This document shows positions 27,101-41,154 of a DNA stretch of 64,000 bases, in pieces. The position numbers were made by a program, and so were the translations under genes. The stretch comes from Eledone cirrhosa (Eukaryota). Every line of letters begins with the position of its first letter. Position 1 is the first letter of the stretch. Under the pieces are notes generated by a model. The model ran no database searches. It was not told where the DNA came from and saw nothing but the letters and a program-made list of their open reading frames with translations. The stretch is taken from contig OZ024763.1 in NCBI GenBank assembly GCA_964016885.1, positions 10,354,001-10,418,000 on the forward strand, read 5' to 3'.

Positions 27101-30100
27101 GCATATTGAAATTTGAGTTTCACAGTTTTTCTGTGTGACGTGAGAATGGGTGGCATGGTATCAAGTGATGGGGGTCTAGTAGCTGAGAATCCTCAGCCCC
27201 GTCATGGAGCGGACAACGATTCTATTGACGCTTTGGTTACCAACCTATACATGTAAATACCTGAGAGCACAGGTTGATATTCAGTTGATGTAGGCCAGAG
27301 ACAACTAGTGATGAGCATTACGGTGTTGTTCAGCAACAGCATTCTACCTGTATACCAAAGAAGCCAATCACCAACTCGCAATTAACCCTGATGGCACATT
27401 CTTCCCATATAATGCCACAGCTATCTATCTTGGAGTGACAGCTGATCTACAGACAGCACCTCAAGTCCTTACATGCAAAGGTATCCACAAGGAACAACCT
27501 TCTACACTACTTGGTAGACTGGTAGGCCCTAGCATTGGTCTACAGTACTGTAGACTATACCAACCCTGTATAGTGCAGGTGCTCTTATACTAAGGAGCTA
27601 GATACAGCCCTGAATAGCCCTTTAGCATTTGAACCGGCCATATCCGGCCAGAATTCTCTCACCTTTTTCTGTTCAAACTGGCTGTAACCAGTTGTTCATA
27701 CTGATGTTAAGGTATTGTTCTCAAAATAAATAATATCAAAATCTCATAGATTCGATATTATGTGAGGTAAAGCCTTTCCCATGAAAATACAATAGTATAT
27801 ATAGAGTAATGTAAATGGTAAAGGGTTAAGGATCATCACAGTAAGTCTCCATCCTATAACTATTGAATATCTACCTGTGAAACATGTGCTCTACAGTTGT
27901 GAGGTGGGAGGGCAGTTATGAGGTGAGAGGTCAGTTGTGAGGTGGGAGGTCAGTTGTGAGGTCGGAGGTCAGTTGTGAGGTCGGAGGTCAGTTGTGAGGT
28001 GGGAGGTCAGTTGTGAGGTGGGAGGTCAGTTGTGAGGTAAGAGGTCAGTTGTGAGGTAAGAGGTCAGTTGTGAGGTAAGAGGTCAGTTGTGAAGTGAGAG
28101 GTCAGTTGTGAGGTGGGCGGTCAGTTGTGAGGTGGGCGGTCAGTTGTGAGGTGGGCGGTCAGTTGTGAGGTGGGCGGTCAGTTGTGAGGTGGGAGGGGAG
28201 TTGTAAGGTGGGAGGAGAGTCAGTTGTGAAGTGAGAGGTGAGGTGAGAGGTCAGTTGTGAGGTGGGCGGTCAGTTGTGAGGTGGGAGGGGAGTTGTGAGG
28301 TGGGAGGAGAGTCAGTTGTGAAGTGAGAGGTGAGGTGAGAGGTCAGTTGTGAGGTGAGCAATCAGGTGAGAGGTGAACAATCAGTTGTGAGGTGAGCAAT
28401 CAGGTGAGAGGTGACGTGTGATATCAGGCTTACCTACAACCTCTCCCCTGTTATTCTAAACCAGTTTATTTCAAGGTGAGATGTGAAGCAAGAGGTTGTG
28501 AGATCAAATCTTACCTACAATCTGCCTCTGTTGTTCTGTAGTTAATACACTCTCCATGCGCCGCATGTCCATCATCATTAACCTTTGGGACTCTAGGAAC
28601 TGGTCGTTAGCCATCTGCCAGGTACGTTTCAAATCACTGTGAACACGTTTCTCGTCTTCAAACAGTCGACAAACTAACAAACAAACATTATTATTACTTT
28701 TTTTCCTTTTTGTGAAAGAGTTGAGAGAAGCCTTCAATTGTATGGTGTCATGTCTAATACAGTGGTGGTGTCATGTCTAATACAGTGGTGTCATGTCTAA
28801 TACAGTGGTGGTGTCATGTCTAATACAGTGGTGGTGTCATGTCTAATACAGTGGTGGTGTCATGTCTAATACAGTGGTGGTGTCATGTCTAATACAGTGG
28901 TGTCATGTCTAATACAGTGGTGGTGTCATGTCTAATACAGTGGTGGTGTCATGTCTAATACAGTGGTGTCATCTCTACTACAGTGGTGTCATCTCTACTA
29001 CAGTGGTGGTGTCATGTCTAATACAGTGGTGTCATGTCTAATATAGTGGTGGTGTCATGTCTAATACAGTGGTGGTGTCATGTCTAATACAGTGGTGTCA
29101 TCTCTACTACAGTGGTGTCATCTCTACTACAGTGGTGGTGTCATGTCTAATACAGTGGTGGTGTCGTTACACAATACAACTTCTGTACACGGTAGAATGC
29201 AGGAATGTATTTAAGAGAAAGTGTATGACTGTGTGACTGTATGCGTGTGTATCTGTGTACGTCTGTGTGCATGTATGTATGTGTGTGTGTGTGTATTTGT
29301 GTATGTGTGTGTATCTCTGTACGTGTGTATGACTGTGTACATGTATATGTGTATATCTGTGTATGTGTGTGTATCTCTGTATGTGTGTGTGTATCTGTGT
29401 ATGTGTGTGTATCTGTGTATGTGTGTGTATCTGTGTATGTGTGTGTATCTGTGTATATGTGTGTGTGTGTATCTGTGTATGTGTGTGTGTGTTTATCTGT
29501 GTATGTGTGTGTATCTGTATGTCTATCTGCATGTGTGTGTATCTCTGTATGTGTGTGTATCTGTGTATGTGTGTGTATATATGTATGTGTGTGTATATGT
29601 GTATGTGTGTGTATCTGTGTATGTGTGTGTATCTGTGTATGTGTGTGTGTGTATCTGTGTATGTGTGTATCTGTCTATGTGTGTATCTCTGTATGTCTGT
29701 ATCTGTGTATCTGTGTATGTGTGTGTGTGTATCTCTGTATGTGTGTGTATCTCTGTACATGTGTGTATCTGTGTGTGTATCTCTGTATGTGTGTATCTGT
29801 GTGTGTATCTCTGTATGTGTGTATCTCTGTATGTCTGTGTATCTGTGTATGTGTGTATCTGTGTATGTGTGTGTATCTGTGTATGTGTGTATCTGTGTAT
29901 GTGTGTGTATGTGTGTGTATCTGTGTACATGTGTGTATCTGTGTACGTGTGTGTACGTATGTGTATATGTGTGTATCTGTGTACGTGTGTGTATGTGTGT
30001 GTATCTGTGTATCTGTGTGTATGACTGTGTACATGTATGTATGTGAGTGAGTGTAATCCAATACTGACCTTCATGTAACTCAGTGCGTAATGTGTCATTG

Positions 30101-33100
30101 TCATTCTGCAGAACAGACTTCTGTGTGTTAAGAACTGCCACAAACATCTCCAGGTCAGTCCGAGAAGATTTCTCTGCCTTCAAATATTTCATCAATTGCT
30201 GGATCTGACCACAAAAACAATAACAAACATCAAACAAATAACTCAAGCTGTACAGTTAAGTAAATAAGTAATTAGCCTCAGTCCATCTCGTTATGGCTGT
30301 GTAGTTAATTAACTAGACTCAGTCCATCTCGTTATGGCTGTGTAGTTAATTAACTAGACTCAGTCCATCTCGTTATGGCTGTGTAGTTAATTAACTAGAC
30401 TCAGTCCATCTCGTTATGGCTGTGTAGTTAATTAACTAGACTCAGTCCATCTCGTTATGGCTGTGTAGTTAATTAACTAGACTCAGTCCATCTCGTTATG
30501 GCTGTGTAGTTAATTAACTAGACTCAGTCCATCATGTTATGGCTGTGTAGTTAATTATTCTCAGAGATTTGGGAGAGGAGGCACTCGAGAGAAGAGGCAC
30601 TCGAGAGAGGAGGCACTCGAGAGAGGAGGCACTCGAGAGAAGAGGCACTCGAGAGAAGAGGCACTCGAGAGAAGAGGGACTCGGGAGAAGAGGCACTCGG
30701 GAGAGGAGGCACTCGGGAGAGGAGGCACTCGGGAGAGGAGGCACTCGGGAGAGGAGGCACTCGAGAGAGGAGGCACTCGGGAGAGGAGGCACTCGGGAGA
30801 GGGGGCACTCGGGAGAGGGGGCACTCGGGAGAGGGGGCACTCGGGAGAGGGGGCACTCGGGAGAGGGGGCACTCGGGAGAGGGGGCACTAGGGAGAGGGG
30901 GCACTCGGGAGAGGAGGCACTAGGGAGAGGGGGCACTCGGGAGAGGAGGCACTAGGGAGAGGAGATACATACCTTCTCTTCAGGATCAGTGTTTTCATCA
31001 AACTCCGGTAAAGAAGGAGATTTTTTTGTATAATACACTTTAGCCATTGCTTCATCAACAGATACATCAGATAGCTGGAGGTGAGATACAGAGAACGATA
31101 GTATATATTTCTATAACAGTGATATAGTAAATAATATATAACATCAGTGATGTAGTAAATAATATATAACATCAGTGATATAGTAAATAATATATAACAT
31201 CAGTGATGTAGTAAATAATATATATTATAATAATATCGAACATTAGAGATACTAACAGAAAAATCACCCTGCAGGCAGTTTTCTGCTAGCATGTGTACAT
31301 ATAGATATTATATGCAAATATAAATGTATATAGATATGATACGTAAACTGAAAAGTAAATTATCTTCACTGGCGGCTTGACTAACAGAGGTAATTGGTGA
31401 TGCTCATGAAGGTGCTTGGCTGTTCCAGCGCATCAGTCTTGCCATCACCCAAGGTAACGCTGCAAGTGTGCCAGCTTGCCTCAAAAATTATTAGAGAGGT
31501 TTTCCAGTGCTCCTCGTGATATTGTTATCTTTTGTTCTGGCAGCAATTCATTTGTCCACCCCTTTCGCTTGCCTTTTGTTGTATGTGGTCCTAAATGAGT
31601 GTATTACCTGCTTATGCATTTTATTTCTTTTTATTTCTCTTTATTTTTTCTTATGTTTGCAAAACAATAAAATAAAACTACATTTATAATGATATTTACA
31701 CAACTGTGAATAAAATCGTAATTGACAATATGAACAGAAATTGAACGAAGACTGTGTTACACTTTCTTCTCTAATCAGTAAAGTAATCCATAATACATTA
31801 AAAAAAGACAATATTATATATAAATGGCATTACGGCGCAATGTAATGAAAATGGTATAACGAAGGCTAATGGATGTATTGACATTTAAAAGTCTTAACAG
31901 AAGTGTATCTTGAAATAAGCAATACATTTTATATATAAGATTATTTATGTTTAATCAAGAGCAACGAAATTTAGTGGATAAATTACATAATATTCCTTCA
32001 TGATTTATTCAAAGTAATCCAACTTATTTTAATAACATGATAAAAGAATATAAAGAGGACATAGTGTCACAGTTCTCCAATCATTATATATTAGATACAG
32101 GGCGGTGAATTGGCAGTGTCGGTAGAGGGTCAGACACCCTGCTTTGACGCATAGAGTTACGATCCTTTACGGTCTGGGTTCAAATCCCGCCCAGGTTAAC
32201 TTTGCCTTTCATTCTTAGGGGGTCGATAAAATAAAGTACCAGTAATGCACTGGGATAATTGCTGGCCTTGTGCCAAAAGTAGAAACAATTATATATTAGA
32301 TAGTAAATAATATACAATATATTTGTATAACAATAGTGATATACTAAATAATATATAATCTAGTTGTATAAGTACAACCCAACCAAACTTGCTTGGTGAG
32401 GAGGGTGGTTTTTGGACACCTAACAGGATGAAAAACAAAACCTGTCAAAGGGCAGCAGAACTCATGAGAGACAATGACCATCCAATAGAGTGTAAAAAAA
32501 AAAACCCCAAAAAAACCCAAGTAGACAGAATTTGTTAGTCTTGGTTAGCTGTCTGTCTAGGGGAAGGATCACTAATTCCTAAACCAGACTTGATGGTACT
32601 CTTTTGTCACCTTAATGGTCAATGGCTTTATCCTTGTGATGAAGGTGGATGAGCCATATACCTGTGTGTATGTATATATATATTTCCGACTTTATAGAAA
32701 TCCCCACTCCCTGACCCCTTTAAATCGTGGCTCAGTGGTTAGAGCATTGGCCTTGCAATCGAAAGGTTGTGAGTTCAATTCTCAGACCAGGTGATGTGTT
32801 GTTTCCTTGAGCAAGACACTTTATTTCACATTGCTCCAGTTTACTCAGCTGTAGAAATGAGATGATAGGGACAGGGGTCCCTATCATTCCACTGCAAAGT
32901 GGACGTGGAGGTGCCACGGCAAAAAAGCACCCAGCACTCACTGTAAATGAGGTTGGTGTTAGGAAGGGCATCCAGCTGTAGAAATCAAGCCAGAATCAGT
33001 TCCCGCCCTACCCTTGCAAGCAGGGAAAAAGTGGATGTAAAATGAAATGATGATGATGATGATGATGATAACTATCTTTGTACATTTATTGACTTCTCTT

Positions 33101-36100
33101 CATTCTTTTAATCTTGTTTTTATCTGCAAACCCAGAAAATAAACTTGAACTGTGGACACAATGGGCCCCACCTATTCTCTCACACACACTACAAAACAAA
33201 AGAAAAATTCACAACCTTCTTAAAAACATCACCACACCAAAAACAATTCTTTACGATTGAAAAACATTTCTCCTCAAAAGGTTTTCTATTTTATTAATAT
33301 CATCCATTTTTCATAACTGTTGCTTGCGGTGGTGATAGGATTAGCAATATCTTGTCGATGTTGTCAATATCCCCAAGGCTGCAGCATGGACGCTCCTATC
33401 TTGACCATTTTGCAAGTCACTCTTAGACTCAAGGACAAAGATCAATAATTGATTTTGTTATTGTCTCTGATCTCTTCAATTCTGTGCTGGATGTTTGTGT
33501 TAAGAGCTGAGCTGAGCTGTAAACTTATCACCATCTAGTAATCTTCAACTTGAGACTAGCTACAGCCATAGAAACTCACAAAATTGGCAGGTCCAGAGCG
33601 ACCTACAGGATAAAGTGGGAAGCATTGGTGGATAAGGAAGTCAGGACCAGGTATGGTATGCAGATATTATTGCATCCGAATTCAGAGAACTCTCTGAGCA
33701 AACTGAAGATGTTGAGACAGATTGGAGATTGTTCAGCTCAGCAGTTTCTGCTTCAGCTGTTAGATGCTATGGGCGAAAAAGGCTTGGTGTGGCTCAAAGA
33801 AGGAGGCCTACAAAGCTTGGCTAGAAAATAGGCCCTCATTCTTGAACTTGCAGTACAAGCAAGCACGAAGAATCACAGCAAAAACTGCAAAGGTGTTCAA
33901 AATTAAGACATGGGAGGACTTTGGGGTTAAGCTGGAATCCGACTTCAGAGCAGCAAATAAAGTATTCTGGCAGACCATCGTCGACTTGGTAATAAGTGCT
34001 CCTCCACACCTACTATCAGAAACACGTCTGGGGTTCTTCTCTCTTCAGAAAAGTGCTTCTTCACAAGGTGGAAAGAATTCTTTGCACCTCCTAAACCCAA
34101 TCATAACAACATCTTCTGATATACATGAGGTGCAGCTGGAAGAAGTGACTAATCTCTCAGAGGCTTAGATCACAAGAGCAATTAAAGAGTTCAAATGTGG
34201 CAAGGCCACTGGGGAAGATGAAATCGTAGAAAATGTATTCTCTGGCTGACTCATGTATGCCGGGGATCCTGGATCTCTGGAAAGGCACCTAAGCAATGGC
34301 AACCAGGAGTGATAATCCAATTTTCAGAAAAGGAAACAAGAGAGATTATTCCAATTACAGAAGGATCTCCTTGTTAAGCCTCACTGGTAAAGTCTATGCT
34401 AAGTCTCTAGCAAAGAGATGCAGAGAGATTGTTGAGTGCAAGCTAGCTGTGGTTTTCGCCCCAGACTCACGACAGCTGACCAAATATTCACACTGTGGCA
34501 GGTCTTTGAGAAATTGTGAGAGTATTGTCAAAAATGATATTCTTGTTTTGTAGACCTTGAAAAGCCATATGACTACATTCCTCAGGACCTGTTGTGGAAG
34601 ATTCTTCAGGAGTATGAATTGAGAGATCACAGCTCCGATATTATGAGCAGCTGGTTAGAATGTCTCAAGCTGGTCTTGCTTGGAGATCCAGTTGTATTAG
34701 TTGGAGATGGTTGCTTCTGATAGGACCCAGTGGAAGAAGTGTTTGAGGACTCTGCCCTGAGGAGAAGGAGGAGAAGAAGGTAGTGGTAGTGGTGTTGGTG
34801 GTGGTGGTGTTGGTTGTAGTGTTGGTGGTGTGGTCTTGATGGTGGTGATGATGATGTGGTGGTGTATTGTAGGTAAAGAAATTCTTACTTGTTTTTCTAA
34901 ATCTTTAATTTTCTCATCTGATTCTTGAACCTTGTTTTTCAGAAGTTTAATTTCTTCTTCCAATGGCAGAACCACAGATTTTAGGATCTCAGCATCTTCT
35001 TGGGCCTACAAAAACAAAGATAATAATAATTGTTTCTACTTTTGACACAAGGCCAGCAATTTGAAGGGTAGGGGAAAGTTGATTAAATTGACCCCAGTGC
35101 ATTACAGTTACTTTATTTTAATGACCTTGAAAAGGATGAAAAGTAAAACTAAACTTGGTGGGATTTGAACTCATAATTTAAAGGTATGTAACTATATGCC
35201 ACAAAGGATGTTGTCTGTTGCTCTACATCAAAGAGTTCACATGAAAAAAACATTAAGGATAAATACAGGATAAAACATTGAGTGTGTCCTACTCATACGG
35301 GCCTAGAAGATGGATGTTAAATGATGATGATGATGATGATGAATGGCGGCGACGACAACAACGATGAGCGTGTGGGTGGAGAAGGGGTGAATGTAAATAG
35401 GTTTAAAAATAAAAAGGGGGTAACAATAAAATTCCTCAATAGGGAGATGTCTAAAGGTTACTTGTGGAAAAAACCCCATAAAACCACAGTTGCTCTGACC
35501 ATTAGGGCAAGTGCCTTCTCTTAGTTCTTCTGTTCCAATTTACAAGCATATTCAGGGCATGCCATTCACCCGGACCACACTCATCACTCTCCTACACCTT
35601 TCAATAAAATGGCTGGAAGGCAACACTTCCCTTTCCAGTCTGATTTTCTGTTTCAAGTAAAACTTAAAGATGTTGATGAGGGATTGGCCAAAGAGGGAAC
35701 TGTTTGTCTCCAATCCATTCCATTGTGTCCAACATACAACCTCATTCGCCGTGGCCACCAGGCAGATAAAAATTGCTGGTCCTTCCCATCTAAAAAAAAA
35801 GAACAGTGGGTCAATGTTCACAATGGACTTGGCTGATAGCCAGATCTATCCCACATGTGACAGCAGCTGTTCGACAAACCCACAGGTCAGCAATGCTTGG
35901 CTACTGGATATGTGCATGCAGGGTGGTTTTGTCCTCCAGCTGATAACAGTTCTGTGTTTGTAGAGTTTATCTTGAACTGGTAATGCTCCTTGGTAGCACT
36001 GCCAAACCAAGGATTTCTGGAAGTTATTCAAAAGGCCTGGGTCAAACATTCCCCAAAGGTGTGTTAGTTGATTGTCTTTGCTACTCAGAGTCTCTCCAAG

Positions 36101-39100
36101 AGTGGTGTCAATTATCCCCACCACTAATCCTCAATAGAACTGATCGCAGGGCCTGAATAGTAGAAGACTGAACGCTTGACAAAATTCCAATTGCCAAGTA
36201 ACCTAAGATTGCAACTCCATCAAGGGGATGAGCTGGGGAAACATGCTTGGTGAACAGTGACCACACCAGTTCACCATCAAGGAAACGGAGTTGTAGCTTC
36301 AGTGCATGCCATCAGCATGTCCCGATCTCCACACAGCAGATAGACTGTCTAACTATTGCAATTTATATAAAGGCAAAGAATAATTCAAAGCGCAAATGTG
36401 ATTTTATAGTCCACAACAAGATAGGCAAAAAGACAATCGAGAGTTTAAACCAATCGGTAAATTTCCAATCAGAGTAGCTTTATAATACCACAGTGCACAT
36501 ATATAATGAATAAAAATAACCAGGATTAAATTACATTAAATTATTTAATTAATTTACGAATGTTTCTATCAATGCAGTAAGAAAATACATTTCCTCTGTA
36601 TTGATTTCATCAGAATCTATCAAACAACATAACATAATTATTTACCAGCCACATGTCTGTACATCTCCATTTACCAGCCACATATCTGTACATCTCCATT
36701 CCGTAAACAAATTTAATTATACAGTTGGGAAAATGTTAAAACTTTATGGAAGACTAACCACGCAATTAAAATTTATTCGTTATAAAAATATAACATATAA
36801 TGACTAAAGATATTGTGCTAGATCATTACACCATTACACACTGATACAAATATACTACAGAAATGTATTCTCTTGTACTGAATGAAACGTTTGTAATCAA
36901 TTAAATAATATAATATAATCCTGGCAATATATATTCTAACCCATGCAAGCGTGGAAAATGGACATTTAATGACAATGATGACTTATATGTGTGTGTGTGT
37001 GTATATATATATATATACCCATGCAAGCATGGAAGATGGAAGTTAAACGATGATGATGATGTACGATGATGCAGCCGATCCTTCAGACTTTAATGAACCA
37101 CTGAGGGGATAAATTTAATATAAAGAGTTGTGTGCTTATGCATGGAGATGCTACAAAATAGCTTATAAAATAGGATGAGGACCCTTCAAGATAGAAAGAA
37201 AAGTTGCCACCAACTGCTACAAGGTAAAACACTTCATATCTCCTGGATACTGGCTATGGTAACTTCTTCTTCCGTCTTTAAAGGTCTTCACCTTATTTGA
37301 TAGCTCCTCTGCACATGAGCACACCACTCTTTAGTATGCACCAATTTCCCCCTACCTTCCCCCCTCTTCCATACACCTCCCACGTCCTAACACCCCACCC
37401 TAGATCTACCTCTCCAATTGCCACGCACCTCCTCCACCCCAGTCCACACTGTAGATGTGGTTGGTGTTAGGAAGGGCATCCAGCCATAGAATCCATCTGG
37501 TCTGGCTTGCCTTGCAACAGGACAGCTCATCTAATCCATACTAGCCTGGAACAATGGATGGTACATGGCGGTGATGATGATGATGATACTTGCAGAGGTT
37601 AGGCAGGATGTAATGAGGCTAAACTGGTCAGATGAACATGTCTTGCTCATATGTTCCATTTGGGCTGGATGCCCTTCCTACTGGTACTACCACTTTACAG
37701 CATATACTGGGTGATTTTTATTGTGGTACTAATACCACCACATTACAAAGTGGGCTGGGTGCTATTATGGCACCAGTACTATCATATTACAAGGTGGGCT
37801 GGGTGGTATTATGGCACCAGTACGACATTACAAGGTGGGCTGGGTGGTATTATGGCACCAGTACCACCACATTACAAGGTGGGCTGGGTGGTATTATGGC
37901 ACCAGTACGACATTACAAGGTGGGCTGGGTGGTATTATGGCACCAGTACCACATTACAAGGTGGGCTGGGTGGTATTATGGCACCAGTACGACATTACAA
38001 GGTGGGCTGGGTGCTATTATGGCACCAGTACCACCACATTACAAGGTGGGCTGGGTGCTATTATGGCACCAGTACGACATTACAAGGTGGGCTGGGTGCT
38101 ATTATGGCACCAGTACTACCACATTACAAGGTGGGCTGGGTGGTATTATGGCACCAGTACCACATTACAAGGTGGGCTGGGTGGTATTATGGCACCAGTA
38201 CCACATTACAAGGTGGGCTGGGTGGTATTATGGCACCAGTACCACCACATTACAAGGTGGGCTGGGTGGTATTATGGCACCAGTACCACATTACAAGGTG
38301 GGCTGGGTGGTATTATGGCACCAGTACCACATTACAAGGTGGGCTGGGTGGTATTATGGCACCAGTACCACATTACAAGGTGGGCTGGGTGGTATTATGG
38401 CACCAGTACCACATTACAAGGTGGGCTGGGTGGTATTATGGCACCAGTACCACATTACAAGGTGGGCTGGGTGGTATTATGGCACCAGTACCACATTACA
38501 AGGTGGGCTGGGTGGTATTATGGCACCAGTACCACATTACAAGGTGGGCTGGGTGGTATTATGGCACCAGTACCACATTACAAGGTGGGCTGGGTGGTAT
38601 TATGGCACCAGTACCACATTACAAGGTGGGCTGGGTGGTATTATGGCACCAGTACCACATTACAAGGTGGGCTGGGTGGTATTATGGCACCAGTACCACA
38701 TTACAAGGTGGGCTGGGTGGTATTATGGCACCAGTACCACATTACAAGGTGGGCTGGGTGGTATTATGGCAACAGTACCACCACATTACAAGGTGGGCTG
38801 GGTGGTATTATGGCACCAGTACCACATTACAAGGTGGGCTGGGTGGTATTATGGCAACAGTACCACCACATTACAAGGTGGGCTGGGTGGTATTATGGCA
38901 CCAGTACCACATTACAAGGTGGGCTGGGTGGTATTATGGCAACAGTACCACCACATTACAAGGTGGGCTGGGTGGTATTATGGCACCAGTACTACCACAT
39001 TACAAGGTGGGCTGGGTGGTATTATGGCACCAGTACCACATTACAAGGTGGGCTGGGTGGTATTATGGCACCAGTACCACCACATTACAAGGTGGGCTGG

Positions 39101-41094
39101 GTGCTATTATGGCACCAGTACCACCACATTACAAGGTGGGCTGGGTGCTATTATGGCAACAGTACTACCACATTACAAGGTGGGCTGGGTGCTATTATGG
39201 CACCAGTACCACCACATTACAAGGTGGGCTGGGTGCTATTATGGCACCAGTACCACCACATTACAAGGTGGGCTGGGTGCTATTATGGCACCAGTACCAC
39301 CACATTACAAGGTGGGCTGGGTGCTATTATGGCACCAGTACTACCACATTACAAGGTGGGCTGGGTGCTATTATGGCACCAGTACCACCACATTACAAGG
39401 TGGGCTGGGTGGTATTATGGCACCAGTACCACCACATTACAAGGTGGGCTGGGTGCTATTATGGCACCAGTACTACCACATTACAAGGTGGGCTGGGTGG
39501 TATTATGGCACCAGTACCACCACATTACAAGGTGGGCTGGGTGGTATTATGGCACCAGTACCACCACATTACAAGGTGGGCTGGGTGGTATTATGGCAAC
39601 AGTACTACCACATTACAAGGTGGGCTGGGTGGTATTATGGCACCAGTACCACCACATTACAAGGTGGGCTGGGTGCTATTATGGCACCAGTACTACCACA
39701 TTACAAGGTGGGCTGGGTGGTATTATGGCACCAGTACTACCACATTACAAGGTGGGCTGGGTGCTATTATGGCACCAGTACTACCACATTACAAGGTGGG
39801 CTGGGTGCTATTATGGCACCAGTACTACCACATTACAAGGTGGGCTGGGTGCTATCATGGCACCAGTACCACATTACAAGGTGGGCTAGGTGGTATTATG
39901 GCACCAGTACCACATTACAAGGTGGGCTGGGTGCTATTATGGCACCAGTACCACATTACAAGGTGGGCTGGGTGCTATTATGGCAACAGTACTACCACAT
40001 TACAAGGTGGGCTGGGTGCTATTATGGCAACAGTACTACCACATTACAGGGTGGGCTGGGTGCTACTATGGCACCAGCACCACCTCATTACAATACTAGG
40101 GTGCTCAGTGTGTCTTGGGGCTATGGGTGAGGGATTGATGGGTAGGTGCAAGATAAAAGGGGTATAGGCTATGTGCTATTTGCTAGGGAAAGAGACATGC
40201 CACCTTGAGAAAGGAAACATTGGATGATGGATGTGGCCTTGTAGCAAGTGGGTAGTGTCTGACATTGAGGGATGTGCCTGTTTTCTATGTTGGCATGGGG
40301 GTATGGGGAGCATGGGTTGGAAGGTGAATCAAATAAATGAGAAAAGAGGAACAGGTATGCTAACCTCCATACTGGCATGTTGGCTGAGGAAGGGCTAAGG
40401 TATGGCCTTAGTGAGGAGGGGAAATTGGGAGAATAATGGCAGTGTAGGGGAGGGCATCCTCTATATGTTTGTTTCTCCCTGTTGCATGGAAAGGCAAGTG
40501 TCCTACAGTATGACATGTTTCCAATCACCTCAATCCTGGGTCAACCAGATATATGAGTTCAGGTCAATCTTTCATCTCATCTCCCTACTTTTTTCTGTCT
40601 TCATCATCCACTTCAAGTGCCCTGTATTTCTTTATGCAGCTGTCATTGTCCATGTGCATGAAATAGCAATATCAACGCAGTAACATCTCCTGCACAATGC
40701 ATTTCATGTCATCATGTGATGCACAGTATTTTTCACTCAGTTGCACACAATGTGAAAATAGGTAGAAACATGTGCTTACGCCGTATTTCACTAAATAAAA
40801 TTAGTCTGTTAGTTGGGATTATAAAAAAACCCTCTGAATGGAAAAGGGTTGAGTATTGACGTACAGGGGACACAAAGCCACATCTTTGGTTTGCCAGACC
40901 AATGTGCTAAAACAACAACACTACACAACCACAGAATCACTAACACCACTACACAAACACTCCCACCATTACCACACTATACTGCCATCAGCAAATACAG
41001 AAAAAGAAAACAAGACAAAAAGCAGATAAAAGCAATGTCTACAAATAAACAATAGCAGGTAACTACAGCATGTCTGTGTAGGTGTATGTATGTA

Positions 41095-41154
<60 letters not shown>

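Noticed and set aside
29167-30246. 359-aa His/Thr/Tyr-rich ORF and overlapping Cys/Val ORFs
   Set aside because: Only 30069-30204 is exon; the rest is read-through into (CA)-type microsatellite.
32727-32800. tRNA gene
   Set aside because: The A/B boxes run into a multi-copy SINE body; no full cloverleaf.
37632-40167. 690-838-aa ORFs or a CRISPR-like array
   Set aside because: Pure tandem minisatellite with no unique spacers and no cas genes, in a eukaryotic intron; the ORFs result from a stop-free unit.
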